DNA from: a virus
Reading direction: 5' to 3' (one strand)
IMG/VR virus record: IMGVR_UViG_3300045988_182793
Span: 1 to 64,000 of that record
DNA: 64,000 bases
Each line of letters begins with the position of its first letter. The first letter of the stretch is position 1. Positions 38,960-49,295 of the stretch are shown in pieces. The notes under the pieces are model-generated. The model was not told the DNA's origin. It ran no database searches and was given only the letters and a program-made list of their open reading frames with translations. The translations under genes and the position numbers were made by a program.

Positions 38960-39625
38960 ATGGCAAAAACTCTTCTGACTCAAAAAATAGAATCAGCGCT
39001 AAAGGTTTGGCATCCTGCCAACTATGGTGGATACCGGGTTGATTCGTTCCGTCAAGGCTTCGACGCTCTGGAAGTACCTGTCGAGTGCGGTTCGATAAAA
39101 TCCGGCCTTGTTGACTTCGTTCGGGTTCAAGAGTGCTTCACATCAGAAACAAAATGTGGGACCTGCAAACTCTCAATGTACAGGGATGAGGACAGAGACT
39201 TAGTTATGCCGTCCATCCGGCAGTGGATGCAGGAGGTATCATGCCCCAAAGATATCTCTGACTGGAATTTTCGAAACGAACCTTGTACGGAACGGTTCTG
39301 CAGGCTGTACAAAACGAAACATACATACATCATCGACACTGTCGTCACCTGCGTAGAAATTAAGGTTTCCGTGAGCGACTTTCACTCTGACCATGGCCAC
39401 AACTTTGTGGGGCACTGTAACTACTATGTGATGCCGTTAGCGCTATACAAGAAGGTCAAAGATGAGATTCCTGATGGTATAGGAGTTCTGCTATATTACA
39501 ACGGCGAAAATACATGCGGGATTCGCAAGAAAATCGAATGCAAGCCCCGCCAACTCTCGGAGAAAACCCAGAAATGGCTCATCATGTCAGTTGCTAAGCG
39601 ACTGACAAAAATGAGCAAAGCATAA
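38960..39625 (+). CDS. hypothetical protein with possible PD-(D/E)xK motif (IIDTVVTCVEIK)
   Basis: D...E.K spacing only. Confidence 0.4.
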   Translation: MAKTLLTQKIESALKVWHPANYGGYRVDSFRQGFDALEVPVECGSIKSGLVDFVRVQECFTSETKCGTCKLSMYRDEDRDLVMPSIRQWMQEVSCPKDISDWNFRNEPCTERFCRLYKTKHTYIIDTVVTCVEIKVSVSDFHSDHGHNFVGHCNYYVMPLALYKKVKDEIPDGIGVLLYYNGENTCGIRKKIECKPRQLSEKTQKWLIMSVAKRLTKMSKA

Positions 39626-39755
39626 ACAATTATTCTGCGAATATCACGATGCCATAAAAATATTCGCAGCGATAAAAATTTTCTAAAAAAGGAGAGAGAT
39701 ATAGTGAACTCTTAGACAAAAGCTAAATTATAAAGTGACAGCAAAGGAGAAGAAA

Positions 39756-40199
39756 ATGAAAAATGTTATGAAAAGTATGGCATTTATCATGGCAGCAATG
39801 CTTGCTACATCTTTTACTGCATTCGCAGACGATGCAGCAAAGAGCGCAACAACCACGGTAAATGCAAGCGTAAACGGAAACTACAGTATTACGGTTCCAG
39901 AACGTGTAACCTTGACCGGCTCTGGGGGAACGGGAGTTAAAACGGCATCGCTCGATGTTACCCTCAAGGGAGACATTCCCGAGGACAAGGTCGTTACCGT
40001 AACAACTGTTCCGCCCGTTATGACACGGTCCGGAGCAAAAGATGTGACGGCAACGGTTGAGACACCGAAAACTACATGGAGCCGAGATGACCTCTTGGCG
40101 AACTCGAAAGACGGCACAAAATCGGAATATACCGTTTCAGCTACACTCACACCAGGCGACTGGACCGGCACAGCAACATTTAGTTGTTCCATGTCGTAA
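39756..40199 (+). CDS. secreted protein, paralog of N-terminal domain of 40233-43013
   Basis: signal peptide; shared block VPE(R/N)V..TG..GTG.K.AS..V.LKGDIPE...TPGDW. Confidence 0.6.
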   Translation: MKNVMKSMAFIMAAMLATSFTAFADDAAKSATTTVNASVNGNYSITVPERVTLTGSGGTGVKTASLDVTLKGDIPEDKVVTVTTVPPVMTRSGAKDVTATVETPKTTWSRDDLLANSKDGTKSEYTVSATLTPGDWTGTATFSCSMS

Positions 40200-40232
40200 T
40201 GCTAGTCAAATACAATGAGAAGGAAAAAAACC

Positions 40233-43013
40233 ATGAAAATCAAAAGAATGGCGGCTGGATTTCTTGCGGTTGCCATGTTTGCCTCAATGGCGCTAACTCC
40301 AGCATGGGCAGAAGAGCTGACGGATTCTGTGGTAACGAATGATTTAACAGATACGGTCAGCGATGAACCGTCTGATACAGACGTTCTGGATGAAGACGAA
40401 AATCCTAACCCCCCGCAATTTTTTTCAGATACTGCAGCCGAAGGCAGTGCCTCTTTAGGTGCAGAAGATGACGGTACTTCTGTAGAAACAGCGGAAGACG
40501 AACCTAAAGAAGAAGGAAACACCGTATCCTTTACAACGCAAGGTGATAGCGGTTCCTCGCTTCAAGCCGATAGTAATGATAAAACGGCGGCCACTCAAAT
40601 CACGGCGTCGGTAGAGAGCACTTATACTCTTGTCGTTCCGGAAAACGTATCAATGACCGGTGCGGATGGTACTGGTGAAAAGAGCGCATCGATTCCGGTT
40701 CTTCTAAAAGGGGATATTCCGGAAGGTAAAGCAGTCTACGTCACGACAGACGCATCCCCGATGCAGCGAACCGGTTCCAAGGACGCGCCAATGTCTGTCA
40801 TGGCAAGCAAGACCCAGTGGAACCGCAGTGAACTGCTAGGTGATGGAACATCCTCTGATTACTCTGCAACAGCCACACTTACTCCGGGTGATTGGCTTGG
40901 AACGGTTGTGTTTAATTGCTTGCTCAACAAAGCTACCATCTACAATAAATTTACAGACAGCGACCCATTTAGCATTCTGGAAGATGGCGAAACATCTGAT
41001 GGCAAAACATTTGAAAGCAATAATGAGGCAGTGGCAAAAGTAGATGCAAATGGAACGGTGACAATTATTGGAGCTGGAGTTGCATCGATTACAGTGTCTT
41101 ACGTTGACGAAGAAGGAAACAAACAGCAATACATAGAAGTTGTTAATGTGGTAGAAAGACCGCTGTTTACAGCATCAATGCTAAAAACGGCATTAGATGA
41201 ACAAAAAGCTGCAAATAACTCAATTACTGCAATTCATTTCGGAGAATATGAAATCCCCAATAATGCCACAACTTACGATGTTTCAAGTGACAAGTCCGGA
41301 AGCATTATAGCATTTTGCGATGGAACTGAATTATGGGTAACGAATGCAGAAGGCGGAGCTTTACAATTTGCAAGTGGAGATAGCCTTTCTATAAGGGGAA
41401 ACGTAGATAAAGTAACAAAGTTATTTTATGACAATGTAAATACCAGCAGGGTAACAATTGTAAATAAGGTATTTCAATATTGGAAAAAACTAGAAGAAAT
41501 TTATGGACTTGAAAATTGGGATGTTTCAAACATCACTGATATGTCTAAAATGTTCTGGAGCTGTGAAAGGCTGACGACAATTTCGGGGATTGACGCATGG
41601 GATACAAGTAAAGTTACAACAATGTACTACATGTTTGATGATTGCGGTAGACTAAAATATTTACCGGACATCGGGAAATGGGACACTTCAAATGTAACTT
41701 CAATGGGATGCATGTTTAATGATAGCGGCTTAAAAGAATTGCCGGATATCAGTAATTGGGACACAAGCAATGTTACTGAAATGTATGGAATGTTTGCGGA
41801 ATGCTACTCGCTAAGCAAGTTGCCTGATATCGGGAAGTGGGATACGGGCAATGTAAAAATGTTCGGCTACAAAAATACAGAAAGCCTTGGAATGTTTAGT
41901 TGCTGCAGTTCTCTAACGGAACTCCCAGATATTAGCAATTGGAATACCAGCAATGCAGAAGATATGGGGCGAATGTTTCAGCAGTGTACAAAGCTTGAAA
42001 GACTACCAGATATTGGCAAATGGGATATAAGCAATGTAAAAAGCGTAGTACACATGTTCGAAGATGATAGAAAGATTACTGATTTTTCAACGTTAGCCAA
42101 TTGGGATACACGCAGCATCGAAGACATGAGCGGTATGTTTGAATATTGCGCAGGTATTTCAAATCTTCATTTTTTGAAAACATGGAACACCAGTAATACA
42201 CTATATACGGGCGGCATGTTTTACATGGGTAGAAGTCACTTGCAGTGGACACACTCCCAATTGACCTCATTGGAGGGACTTGAAGATTGGGAGGTAAGTA
42301 ACGTTATCTCTATGTACAATATGTTTGGGGACTGTGACAATTTAATTGATATTTCAGCACTTAAATCATGGGAAACGGATAACTTGCAAAATATTTCGAA
42401 TATTTTTTATGGTTGCTCAAAAATTGATGATATATCCGCACTTAAATCTTGGAACACTGGAAACGTTACCGATTTTTCATATGCTTTTACATATTGCAAA
42501 ATGAGCAGCCTTGACGCACTATCAAATTGGAAAACCGAAAAAGCTACTTCTTTTCGGGAAACATTCTCTGGCTGCACAAAACTAACAGATATTGCAGCCC
42601 TAAGAAATTGGAATACGATGAATGTTACTGACATTTGCGAAACGTTTGGTTACTGCTCGTTAATTCAAGATTTTTCACCAATTTCCAATTGGGATGTTTC
42701 AAAAGTGACGACAATGAAAAGTACATTCTCTGGCTGTAAAAAGTTAACGAATTTGAATGCATTAAAAAGCTGGAACCCGAAAGCTGTTACAACTATGGAT
42801 TCGATGTTTAGTAGCTGTACATTATTATCAGATATATCTTCGATAGCATCCTGGGATACTTCTAATGTAACATCAATGAACTATATGTTTTATGATTGCA
42901 CATCTCTCGAAGATGCTTCGCCTATTCAAAACTGGAATATCAGTAATGTGACTTCACGAACTGATATGTTTACAAATGCTCCGTGCGGTGACATCTTTGC
43001 ATCTGCAGCATAA
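40233..43013 (+). CDS. large secreted surface protein: acidic linker, Ig-like (BIG2) domain, ~20 DUF285/BspA-type LRR repeats
   Basis: repeats of WDTSNVT.M..MF..C..L; NNEAVAKVDANGTVTIIGAGVASITVSY. Confidence 0.75.
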   Translation: MKIKRMAAGFLAVAMFASMALTPAWAEELTDSVVTNDLTDTVSDEPSDTDVLDEDENPNPPQFFSDTAAEGSASLGAEDDGTSVETAEDEPKEEGNTVSFTTQGDSGSSLQADSNDKTAATQITASVESTYTLVVPENVSMTGADGTGEKSASIPVLLKGDIPEGKAVYVTTDASPMQRTGSKDAPMSVMASKTQWNRSELLGDGTSSDYSATATLTPGDWLGTVVFNCLLNKATIYNKFTDSDPFSILEDGETSDGKTFESNNEAVAKVDANGTVTIIGAGVASITVSYVDEEGNKQQYIEVVNVVERPLFTASMLKTALDEQKAANNSITAIHFGEYEIPNNATTYDVSSDKSGSIIAFCDGTELWVTNAEGGALQFASGDSLSIRGNVDKVTKLFYDNVNTSRVTIVNKVFQYWKKLEEIYGLENWDVSNITDMSKMFWSCERLTTISGIDAWDTSKVTTMYYMFDDCGRLKYLPDIGKWDTSNVTSMGCMFNDSGLKELPDISNWDTSNVTEMYGMFAECYSLSKLPDIGKWDTGNVKMFGYKNTESLGMFSCCSSLTELPDISNWNTSNAEDMGRMFQQCTKLERLPDIGKWDISNVKSVVHMFEDDRKITDFSTLANWDTRSIEDMSGMFEYCAGISNLHFLKTWNTSNTLYTGGMFYMGRSHLQWTHSQLTSLEGLEDWEVSNVISMYNMFGDCDNLIDISALKSWETDNLQNISNIFYGCSKIDDISALKSWNTGNVTDFSYAFTYCKMSSLDALSNWKTEKATSFRETFSGCTKLTDIAALRNWNTMNVTDICETFGYCSLIQDFSPISNWDVSKVTTMKSTFSGCKKLTNLNALKSWNPKAVTTMDSMFSSCTLLSDISSIASWDTSNVTSMNYMFYDCTSLEDASPIQNWNISNVTSRTDMFTNAPCGDIFASAA

Positions 43014-43360
43014 AGGAGGACTAAATGAAAAGGCTTTTGAAAATCATCATTTTCGCTATCCTGGCCGGACTTAGTATTTTTTGGTATACAGAAAGTCAGA
43101 AGCGCCGAACTCTGATTCCGCTCGAATTTCGAGGCGAGTGAGATGCGAAAAGACATCAAAATTGTGCTGGAAAGCATCTGGTATCTAATTCTGCCGGTGT
43201 TTATTTTTGTACTTAACGTTAGATATTGGCATGGGTATCTAGCGAATCCTGGCTGGTCCTTGACTCATCCATCCTACATTGTTTTCGGATTTATTTTGAG
43301 CGCTGCACTGTGCTTTGAAATCGTATATATCGACATTAAGTTTGGCGAAAAATAGCGCTT

Positions 43361-43396
43361 GCCAAAATATACGAACGCAGTACAATATAAAATGTG
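43361..43396 (+). promoter_or_regulatory. weak copy of promoter motif (ATACGAACGCAGTACAAT)
   Basis: partial consensus. Confidence 0.35.
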
Positions 43397-43437
43397 AACA
43401 GATACTAAAAATCAGTAGGATTCACAATCTGTATTTT

Positions 43438-43480
43438 AAGCGGACTTATCCCATAGCGGGGTAGGTCCGCTTTTTTTTGT
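43438..43480 (+). terminator. hairpin+T8 in leader of MBL gene / terminator of upstream unit
   Basis: GCGGACTTATCCC..GGGGTAGGTCCGC TTTTTTTT. Confidence 0.6.
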
Positions 43481-43496
43481 TGAAAGGAGAAAAAGT

Positions 43497-44657
43497 ATGA
43501 AACTCAAAAACAATCTATTCCGGAGCACGGCGGCAATCATCGCTACGCTCCTTGCACTCAGCTTCACCTGCTGCGGTCAGAATCCGATAATATCGGAAAG
43601 TCCATCCAGCACCGGGGTCGTCTCAGAAAGCACTGCAAGCAGTGAACAGACGGCTGGCGGTTCGGTGGACGGCAGCTTTACCATTCACTTTATAGACGTA
43701 GGGCAGGCGGATTCCGCCCTTATCACCTGCGACGGCCACTCAATGCTTATTGATGGCGGTAATGTCGATGATTCTAACCTCTTATATTCTGTTATGCAGC
43801 GTGAAACCGATGGGCACCTGGATTATGTCGTTGGGACTCACGCGCACGAAGACCACATCGGCGGCTTGTCCGGTGCTTTTGAGGCCGTCACTGCGAACAT
43901 GACTCTATGCCCTGTGACAGAATACGACAGCAAAGCATTTCGGGACTTTGCAAGCTACGCGGAGCAAAAAGGCGGAGGCATCACGATACCGGATGTGGGT
44001 GAAACCTACACTCTGGGGGAAGCGGAATTCACGATAGTTGGTGTTAATTCTGTTCCCGATGACACGAACAATACTTCGATTGTTTTGCGTATTGTCTATG
44101 GAGACACCTCGTTCCTCTTTACCGGAGATGCGGAACAGGAAGCGGAAAACGTGATACTTGCATCGGGACAAGACATTCAGTCAACAGTTCTGAAAGTAGG
44201 GCACCATGGCTCAAGTACATCTACCTCAGAGGCTTTTCTGGATGCGGTAAATCCAACATATGCTGTGATTTCTTGTGGCACAGGGAACAGTTACGGTCAT
44301 CCACATCAGGAAACACTCGACAAGTTGCAAAACAAAGGTGTAGAGGTTTATCGCACAGACCTGCTGGGTGATATTTACTGCACCTCGGATGGCAAAGAGG
44401 TAAGTTTCACTTCCGGTGAATATCATGATGAAAATCGGATTGAAGCCGGTAGTGCTGCAGATTCCAAGGATGAACAGGACAAAGCTTCACTTGTCATAGA
44501 CGAGACATACGTTCTGAACACGAGCACTATGAAGTTTCACAAACCCGATTGCTCTGCAGTCGAATCGATGAGTCAAAAGAATCGAATCGACTATATGGGC
44601 CCCCGCGATGAGCTCATCCAGGAAGGGTATTCGGCGTGTGGGATTTGCAAACCATAA
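43497..44657 (+). CDS. MBL-fold metallo-hydrolase lipoprotein (ComEC C-terminal-domain-like) with C-terminal Cys motif
   Basis: HFIDVGQADS, THAHEDHIGG, VGHHGSSTS; lipobox LSFTCC. Confidence 0.7.
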   Translation: MKLKNNLFRSTAAIIATLLALSFTCCGQNPIISESPSSTGVVSESTASSEQTAGGSVDGSFTIHFIDVGQADSALITCDGHSMLIDGGNVDDSNLLYSVMQRETDGHLDYVVGTHAHEDHIGGLSGAFEAVTANMTLCPVTEYDSKAFRDFASYAEQKGGGITIPDVGETYTLGEAEFTIVGVNSVPDDTNNTSIVLRIVYGDTSFLFTGDAEQEAENVILASGQDIQSTVLKVGHHGSSTSTSEAFLDAVNPTYAVISCGTGNSYGHPHQETLDKLQNKGVEVYRTDLLGDIYCTSDGKEVSFTSGEYHDENRIEAGSAADSKDEQDKASLVIDETYVLNTSTMKFHKPDCSAVESMSQKNRIDYMGPRDELIQEGYSACGICKP

Positions 44658-44675
44658 AAATTGCACCTGATTTAC

Positions 44676-44712
44676 TCGACAAGCTGTGCGAACCGACTAC
44701 AATAAAAATTGT
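44676..44712 (+). promoter_or_regulatory. copy 12 of conserved promoter motif (GCTGTGCGAACCGACTACAAT)
   Basis: consensus match. Confidence 0.55.
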
Positions 44713-44776
44713 ACGATAGATAACATTCCATATCGAAAGGGTTTTATGCCTTTCGTACATTCACAATTTCGCTTAA

Positions 44777-44815
44777 AGGGCGGACTTCCTGTTTTTAGGG
44801 AGCCCGCCCTTTTTG
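44777..44815 (+). terminator. leader hairpin+T-run (GGGCGGACTTCC..GGGAGCCCGCCC TTTTT) 25 nt before ATG 44841
   Basis: shares GCGGACTT with hairpin at 43440. Confidence 0.5.
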
Positions 44816-44840
44816 TATGAACAAGAAGGAGCGTAATGCA

Positions 44841-45581
44841 ATGTTCAAAATTCACGATGACAAAGTCTATTTCGTCGCCGAAACCCCCGATATCAACAAA
44901 GTTATCGAAATCTTCCTACCTAAGGATGACCGTGGCACCATTATGGATTCACACGAAATCCGTGTGGACCTGTGCCGTGCCGTCATTCACATGGAGAAGA
45001 AGGGTGTCCGTGTCTTGAAGGTCCGCAACATTGAGGATACCAACAAGGCAAGCATCGACATCTGGCACATGCCGGAATATCAGGAGGCTGCAGAGTCTCC
45101 CGTAAGCGATGTGGTCAATGCCTGCATTGAGTCCTGCTTTGATTCCGGTGCAATGTTCAATCTGCCATGCAAAGCCAACCGCAAAACCCATGAAGTTTTT
45201 GCTGTCGAATGCTGCGCAAGCCCCGATGATGATGACTCGTTCAGTTATGCAGAAGTGAAAATCAACGGCAAGGATTATCCTATCAATTTTATTGACGATA
45301 TTCTTCTCGAAAACAATGTTGATGATGCGCTGGATGAGTTTTATAGAATTCAGCAGACAGGCGAGTATTGGCAGCCTGATGGCAACAAAACGCTGGATGA
45401 TGCCATTCACGAATGTCGTTGGGCTATCCTGAAGGATGCCATCCAGAAGCGCGGACATGAGGCTGTTGCTGATTTTGTCGGGACCGACATTTCCAGCGAT
45501 ACTTACGACCGCGTGATGGATGAAACCGAAGCCCAGATGCCGGACGAAGAGTTCGAGCGCTTCTGGGAAAAGTACATCTAA
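44841..45581 (+). CDS. hypothetical acidic protein (246 aa)
   Basis: RBS AAGGAG. Confidence 0.5.
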   Translation: MFKIHDDKVYFVAETPDINKVIEIFLPKDDRGTIMDSHEIRVDLCRAVIHMEKKGVRVLKVRNIEDTNKASIDIWHMPEYQEAAESPVSDVVNACIESCFDSGAMFNLPCKANRKTHEVFAVECCASPDDDDSFSYAEVKINGKDYPINFIDDILLENNVDDALDEFYRIQQTGEYWQPDGNKTLDDAIHECRWAILKDAIQKRGHEAVADFVGTDISSDTYDRVMDETEAQMPDEEFERFWEKYI

Positions 45582-45616
45582 GAAACATCTCACACACAGA
45601 AAGGGAGCATATTACT

Positions 45617-45943
45617 ATGGCTATTTTCAATACCAACGAATTTCTCCGCAAAACCTTCAGCAAGACCATCTTTGGTACTGCTGCACTTCGTCCGGAAGCA
45701 GTTTGTGCAGACGGCTTCACCCTGTCGATTCAGGCAAGCGGCATGCACTACTGCATACCGAACGAAGACCTGTCGGACGGCAATTACTCTAAGGTCGAAC
45801 TCAGCTACTTGTCTGAGGAGGTCGAAGAGTTTCTGCCGTTTGCTGAAGACGACGAGGCACCGCTGGCTACGGTCTACGGGTATGTGCCCGTAGAAACCGT
45901 AGACGCGGTTCTGGCCAAGCACGGCGGTATCGTCAACGCGTGA
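45617..45943 (+). CDS. hypothetical protein (108 aa)
   Basis: RBS AAGGGAG. Confidence 0.45.
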   Translation: MAIFNTNEFLRKTFSKTIFGTAALRPEAVCADGFTLSIQASGMHYCIPNEDLSDGNYSKVELSYLSEEVEEFLPFAEDDEAPLATVYGYVPVETVDAVLAKHGGIVNA

Positions 45944-45959
45944 GGGGAGGGAACTTACG

Positions 45960-46286
45960 ATGGAAGTATTCACTATCGTCGCCAATGAGGTCATTGGCTT
46001 ATCCGCAACGGAATGCACACTGATTCAGTTTAGCTACAATCCGGAGCAAATCCGTGACCCCGAAACGGTCCTGCGCAGTGCTGTCAAGGACTATCTCAAG
46101 ACGGATGAAGGCAAACGACAGCTGGAAATCAACTGTGGTTGCTGGAACTGGGGCGATGTCGATGACATTCCCGGCTCGTTCTTCTTGAACTATGGTCTGA
46201 CTAAAATCGCTCCGCCGGATGTGAATGTTATCGTCGACCGCAACGAGAACTTCATGGACGACTACGAGGATTGCGAGGAAGAATAA
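45960..46286 (+). CDS. hypothetical protein (108 aa)
   Basis: ORF. Confidence 0.45.
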   Translation: MEVFTIVANEVIGLSATECTLIQFSYNPEQIRDPETVLRSAVKDYLKTDEGKRQLEINCGCWNWGDVDDIPGSFFLNYGLTKIAPPDVNVIVDRNENFMDDYEDCEEE

Positions 46287-46304
46287 CAGAAAGGGCATGA
46301 AAAA

Positions 46305-47045
46305 ATGCGTATTTATAGCGCAAACAACGTATTCATAGAAGTTACGCGCCGATGCAATATGTGCTGTGCGCACTGCCTGCGCGGAGATGCCGAAAGCATC
46401 GATATTCAGGAGAAGTACATCGATGCTTTTCTCGACAACTTTGAGAAGGGAGCTTATATCAGCTCTCTTACCTTTACCGGTGGGGAAATCTCTCTGAATA
46501 TACCGGCAATTCGATACACCTTGAAAGCTGTCAAAGAGCGCGGTATCGCCGTTGGAAGCTTTTACATGGTCACTAACGGAAAAGCTGTCGATAAGATGGC
46601 TGACCTTGCTATGGCGAGTCTGGAGTGGTGGGCCTACTGCGATGAAAAAGATGACTATATGTGCGGTCTTTGCATCAGCAGTGATAACTTCCACGAAGTA
46701 ATCCCGTATGAAAGTAAAAGTATCCTTAGTGGCTTGAAATATAACCGTAACGATAAGGTAACGGACTTTCATCTGGCTTATTTACTGAACGAAGGGCGTG
46801 CTAAGAATCTCGATTCGAATATCTATAAGAAGCGTGAACCTCATGTAGACAAGCTCGAATACGAATTCAACAAAACCGGCGATATCGACTTTTACAGCGG
46901 CGAGCTGTACTTGAACGCCATCGGTGATGTCGTTTCCGGCTGCGATTGGTCCTACAAGTCGCAGAAGAAATATCGTTTTGGTAATGTAATGAACAAAAAC
47001 TGGCTGGAAAACATTTCCAACGGCGAGTTGTACATTGCAAGCTAA
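46305..47045 (+). CDS. small radical SAM protein (246 aa)
   Basis: CNMCCAHC = CxxxCxxC; FTGGE SAM-binding motif. Confidence 0.65.
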   Translation: MRIYSANNVFIEVTRRCNMCCAHCLRGDAESIDIQEKYIDAFLDNFEKGAYISSLTFTGGEISLNIPAIRYTLKAVKERGIAVGSFYMVTNGKAVDKMADLAMASLEWWAYCDEKDDYMCGLCISSDNFHEVIPYESKSILSGLKYNRNDKVTDFHLAYLLNEGRAKNLDSNIYKKREPHVDKLEYEFNKTGDIDFYSGELYLNAIGDVVSGCDWSYKSQKKYRFGNVMNKNWLENISNGELYIAS

Positions 47046-47224
47046 ACCATATCACAAAATCCGCGCCAAGGAAACCCACTGCGTGAGCGGTGGGAGGAAT
47101 TGGCGCATGAGTTTTCAAGAATGATGAATGTGTACAATCTGTAAATAAGAAAGCTACTTGATTTCTTTTTGCATCAAAAAATATTATAATACCGATATAA
47201 TCAATCAAAGAAAGGAGGGCTATT

Positions 47225-48957
47225 ATGGCTTTCGGAAACAAGAATAGCACGCCATCGTTTGTGTTGACACTCCCCATGAAAGTGACCAAGCAGGACGAAT
47301 TTTTTCTTTCTAAAAGGTTTCGTGTTGGATGCACGGTTTATAACCAAATAGTTACAAAAACTACAAAAATGTGGCACCAGCTGCGCAAAACGCGTGAATA
47401 TAAAAACCTTATAAAAGCCATAAAAGCCGCTCCTGTCAACAGTGATGAACGAAAAGCACTGTTGGTGCAGCGTTCCAATCTGATTAAGCAAGCGGGCTTT
47501 TCTGAGGGTGCGTTCCACAAGTTGGTCGTGCCATACCAAAAAGCATACAACGTAAATTGTGATGTCGCTCAAAAAGTTGCGTCCGCCGTCTGGAAAGCGT
47601 GGGATGACTTCTTTTATGGAAAAGGAAAGACCGTACACTATAAAAAGTTGGACGATTTTGTGACCCTTTCCGGAAAGAAAAACAACAGCGGTATATTCTT
47701 TCGCCCGGCAAACCATACGGTGAGTTCGATGGAATCCGCTAAGCGAAAAACTCTATCGAGAAAAAATACTTCGATGCGTACAGAAAACCCGACGCTAAAA
47801 AAGACGAAGAAGTAGTTCTTCCCGATGAAGTAAAAGCGCAAATGGACAAAGAGGTTGCCGATGCCACGGCGAAAATCAAACCGTATATCGGAGAAGGTAA
47901 TCTGCGTATCATTTACGAGAAACACGAATTCCTTGTCAAAGTGCGCAACCCCGATACTCAAACTGGATGGTATCAACAGGAAGCGCTCAAATGCGGTGTG
48001 AAGTATTGCCGGATTGTTCGCTCATGGGTCGGCACCAAATGGAAGTATTACGCTCAACTTGTTTTGGAAGGCTATCCGCCCATCAAATGCGACGGTAACG
48101 GGGTCATAAAACACCCTGTTAAGCAGGGCCGCATTGGTATAGATATCGGCACACAGACTATCACGTTTTGCGGTAAAGATGTTTGCGACCTTCGTGTACT
48201 TGCACCGTCTGCCATAGCGGAAGCTCGCAATGGTCTTACCAAGGAAATCGCTCGCATTATGCGGCAAATGGACCGTTCGCGCCGTGCGATGAATCCGCAA
48301 TACTTTAACAAAAACGGAACCATCAAACGGCTAAAACGCAAGAACGGATATAAGCAAATTCGTCATTGGAACTATAGCAAAAACTATTATCGGCTGCTGT
48401 ACAGGCTGCGGAATTTGAACCGCAAGCTTGCTGCCGTACGCAAGGCGGAGCATTATATTCTCGCCAACGAATTGCTGACATACGGCAACGAATTCGTAGT
48501 TGAAGATATGAACTACAAAGCCTTGCAGAAGCGCAGCAAGAAAACGAAAACCAACCCCAAAACCGGTAGAGCGCATTCCAAAAAGCGGTTTGGCAAATCT
48601 ATAGGACGCTGCGCTCCAGCTTTGTTTATCACCATTTTGGGGCAAAAAGCAAGTCGTTGCGGAGGCAGCGTTATCAAGGTCAGTACCTTTGAAACAAAAG
48701 CTTCGCAGTTTGACCATACCGACGATAGTTTTACCAAGAAAAAATTGTCCCAGCGTTTTGCTAAACTTTCTGACGGAACCGTTGTCCAAAGAGATTTGTA
48801 TTCCGCATTCCTTTTATTACATCTTGGGAAGAACCTTCAATCCTATAACAAGAAAACCATTAAAAAAGATTTCCCGCAGTTTAAGAAGCTGCACGACAAA
48901 ACAAAAGAACGCTTGCAAAACAGCCACGAGTGGCTGCCTTGTAGCGTTGGCTTCTAA
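47225..48957 (+). pseudogene. tnpB: tnpB-like RuvC nuclease gene split by frameshift (47225-47815 frame 2; 47743-48957 frame 1); zinc-finger cysteines absent
   Basis: N-term FVLTLPMKVTKQDEFFLSKRFRVGCTVYNQIV (TnpB N-terminal pattern); GIDIGTQ (RuvC-I), VVEDMNYK (RuvC-II), QRDLYSAF (RuvC-III-like); SQFDHTDD where canonical TnpB has SQLCHDCG. Confidence 0.6.
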
Positions 48958-49240
48958 AGCACCTATAATTTAAGGGGTTTCGACGTAGCCCCATTGATTG
49001 CCTTGACATGTTGCTTTCAGCAGCACTTGATAGGTGAAACCCTAATTTAGGGGATATCTACACTTTTTATGCCGGCTTTTCGGGCATTTTGCCCTGCCTT
49101 TAAGCTTCGCTTTGGGTAGTAAGTACACTGGTCTATCGAAAGATAGTGTATCTGGCAGCTTTACGCTGTTGGAAAACCCTGTAACTGCATTGCGTCAGCA
49201 TAGAATCCCACTCCGTGAGGGGTGGGAGTACGTCAATTAT
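48958..49240 (+). ncRNA. candidate TnpB omega/reRNA (structured 3' region overlapping right end)
   Basis: ~280 nt non-coding with strong hairpins GGGGTTTCGACGTAGCCCC, ATGCCGGCTTTTCGGGCAT, CCCACTCC..GGGGTGGG. Confidence 0.4.
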
Positions 49241-49295
49241 ACATTGCCACTGTTTTCCTACAGAAACGGTGGTTTTTTAGAAAAGGAGACCACAA

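Larger units (their letters stand above)
47065..49240 (+). mobile_element. IS200/IS605-family TnpB-only element (IS1341-like)
   Basis: matching subterminal hairpins CCCACTGCGTGAGCGGTGGG (47075-47094) and CCCACTCCGTGAGGGGTGGG (49207-49226). Confidence 0.6.
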
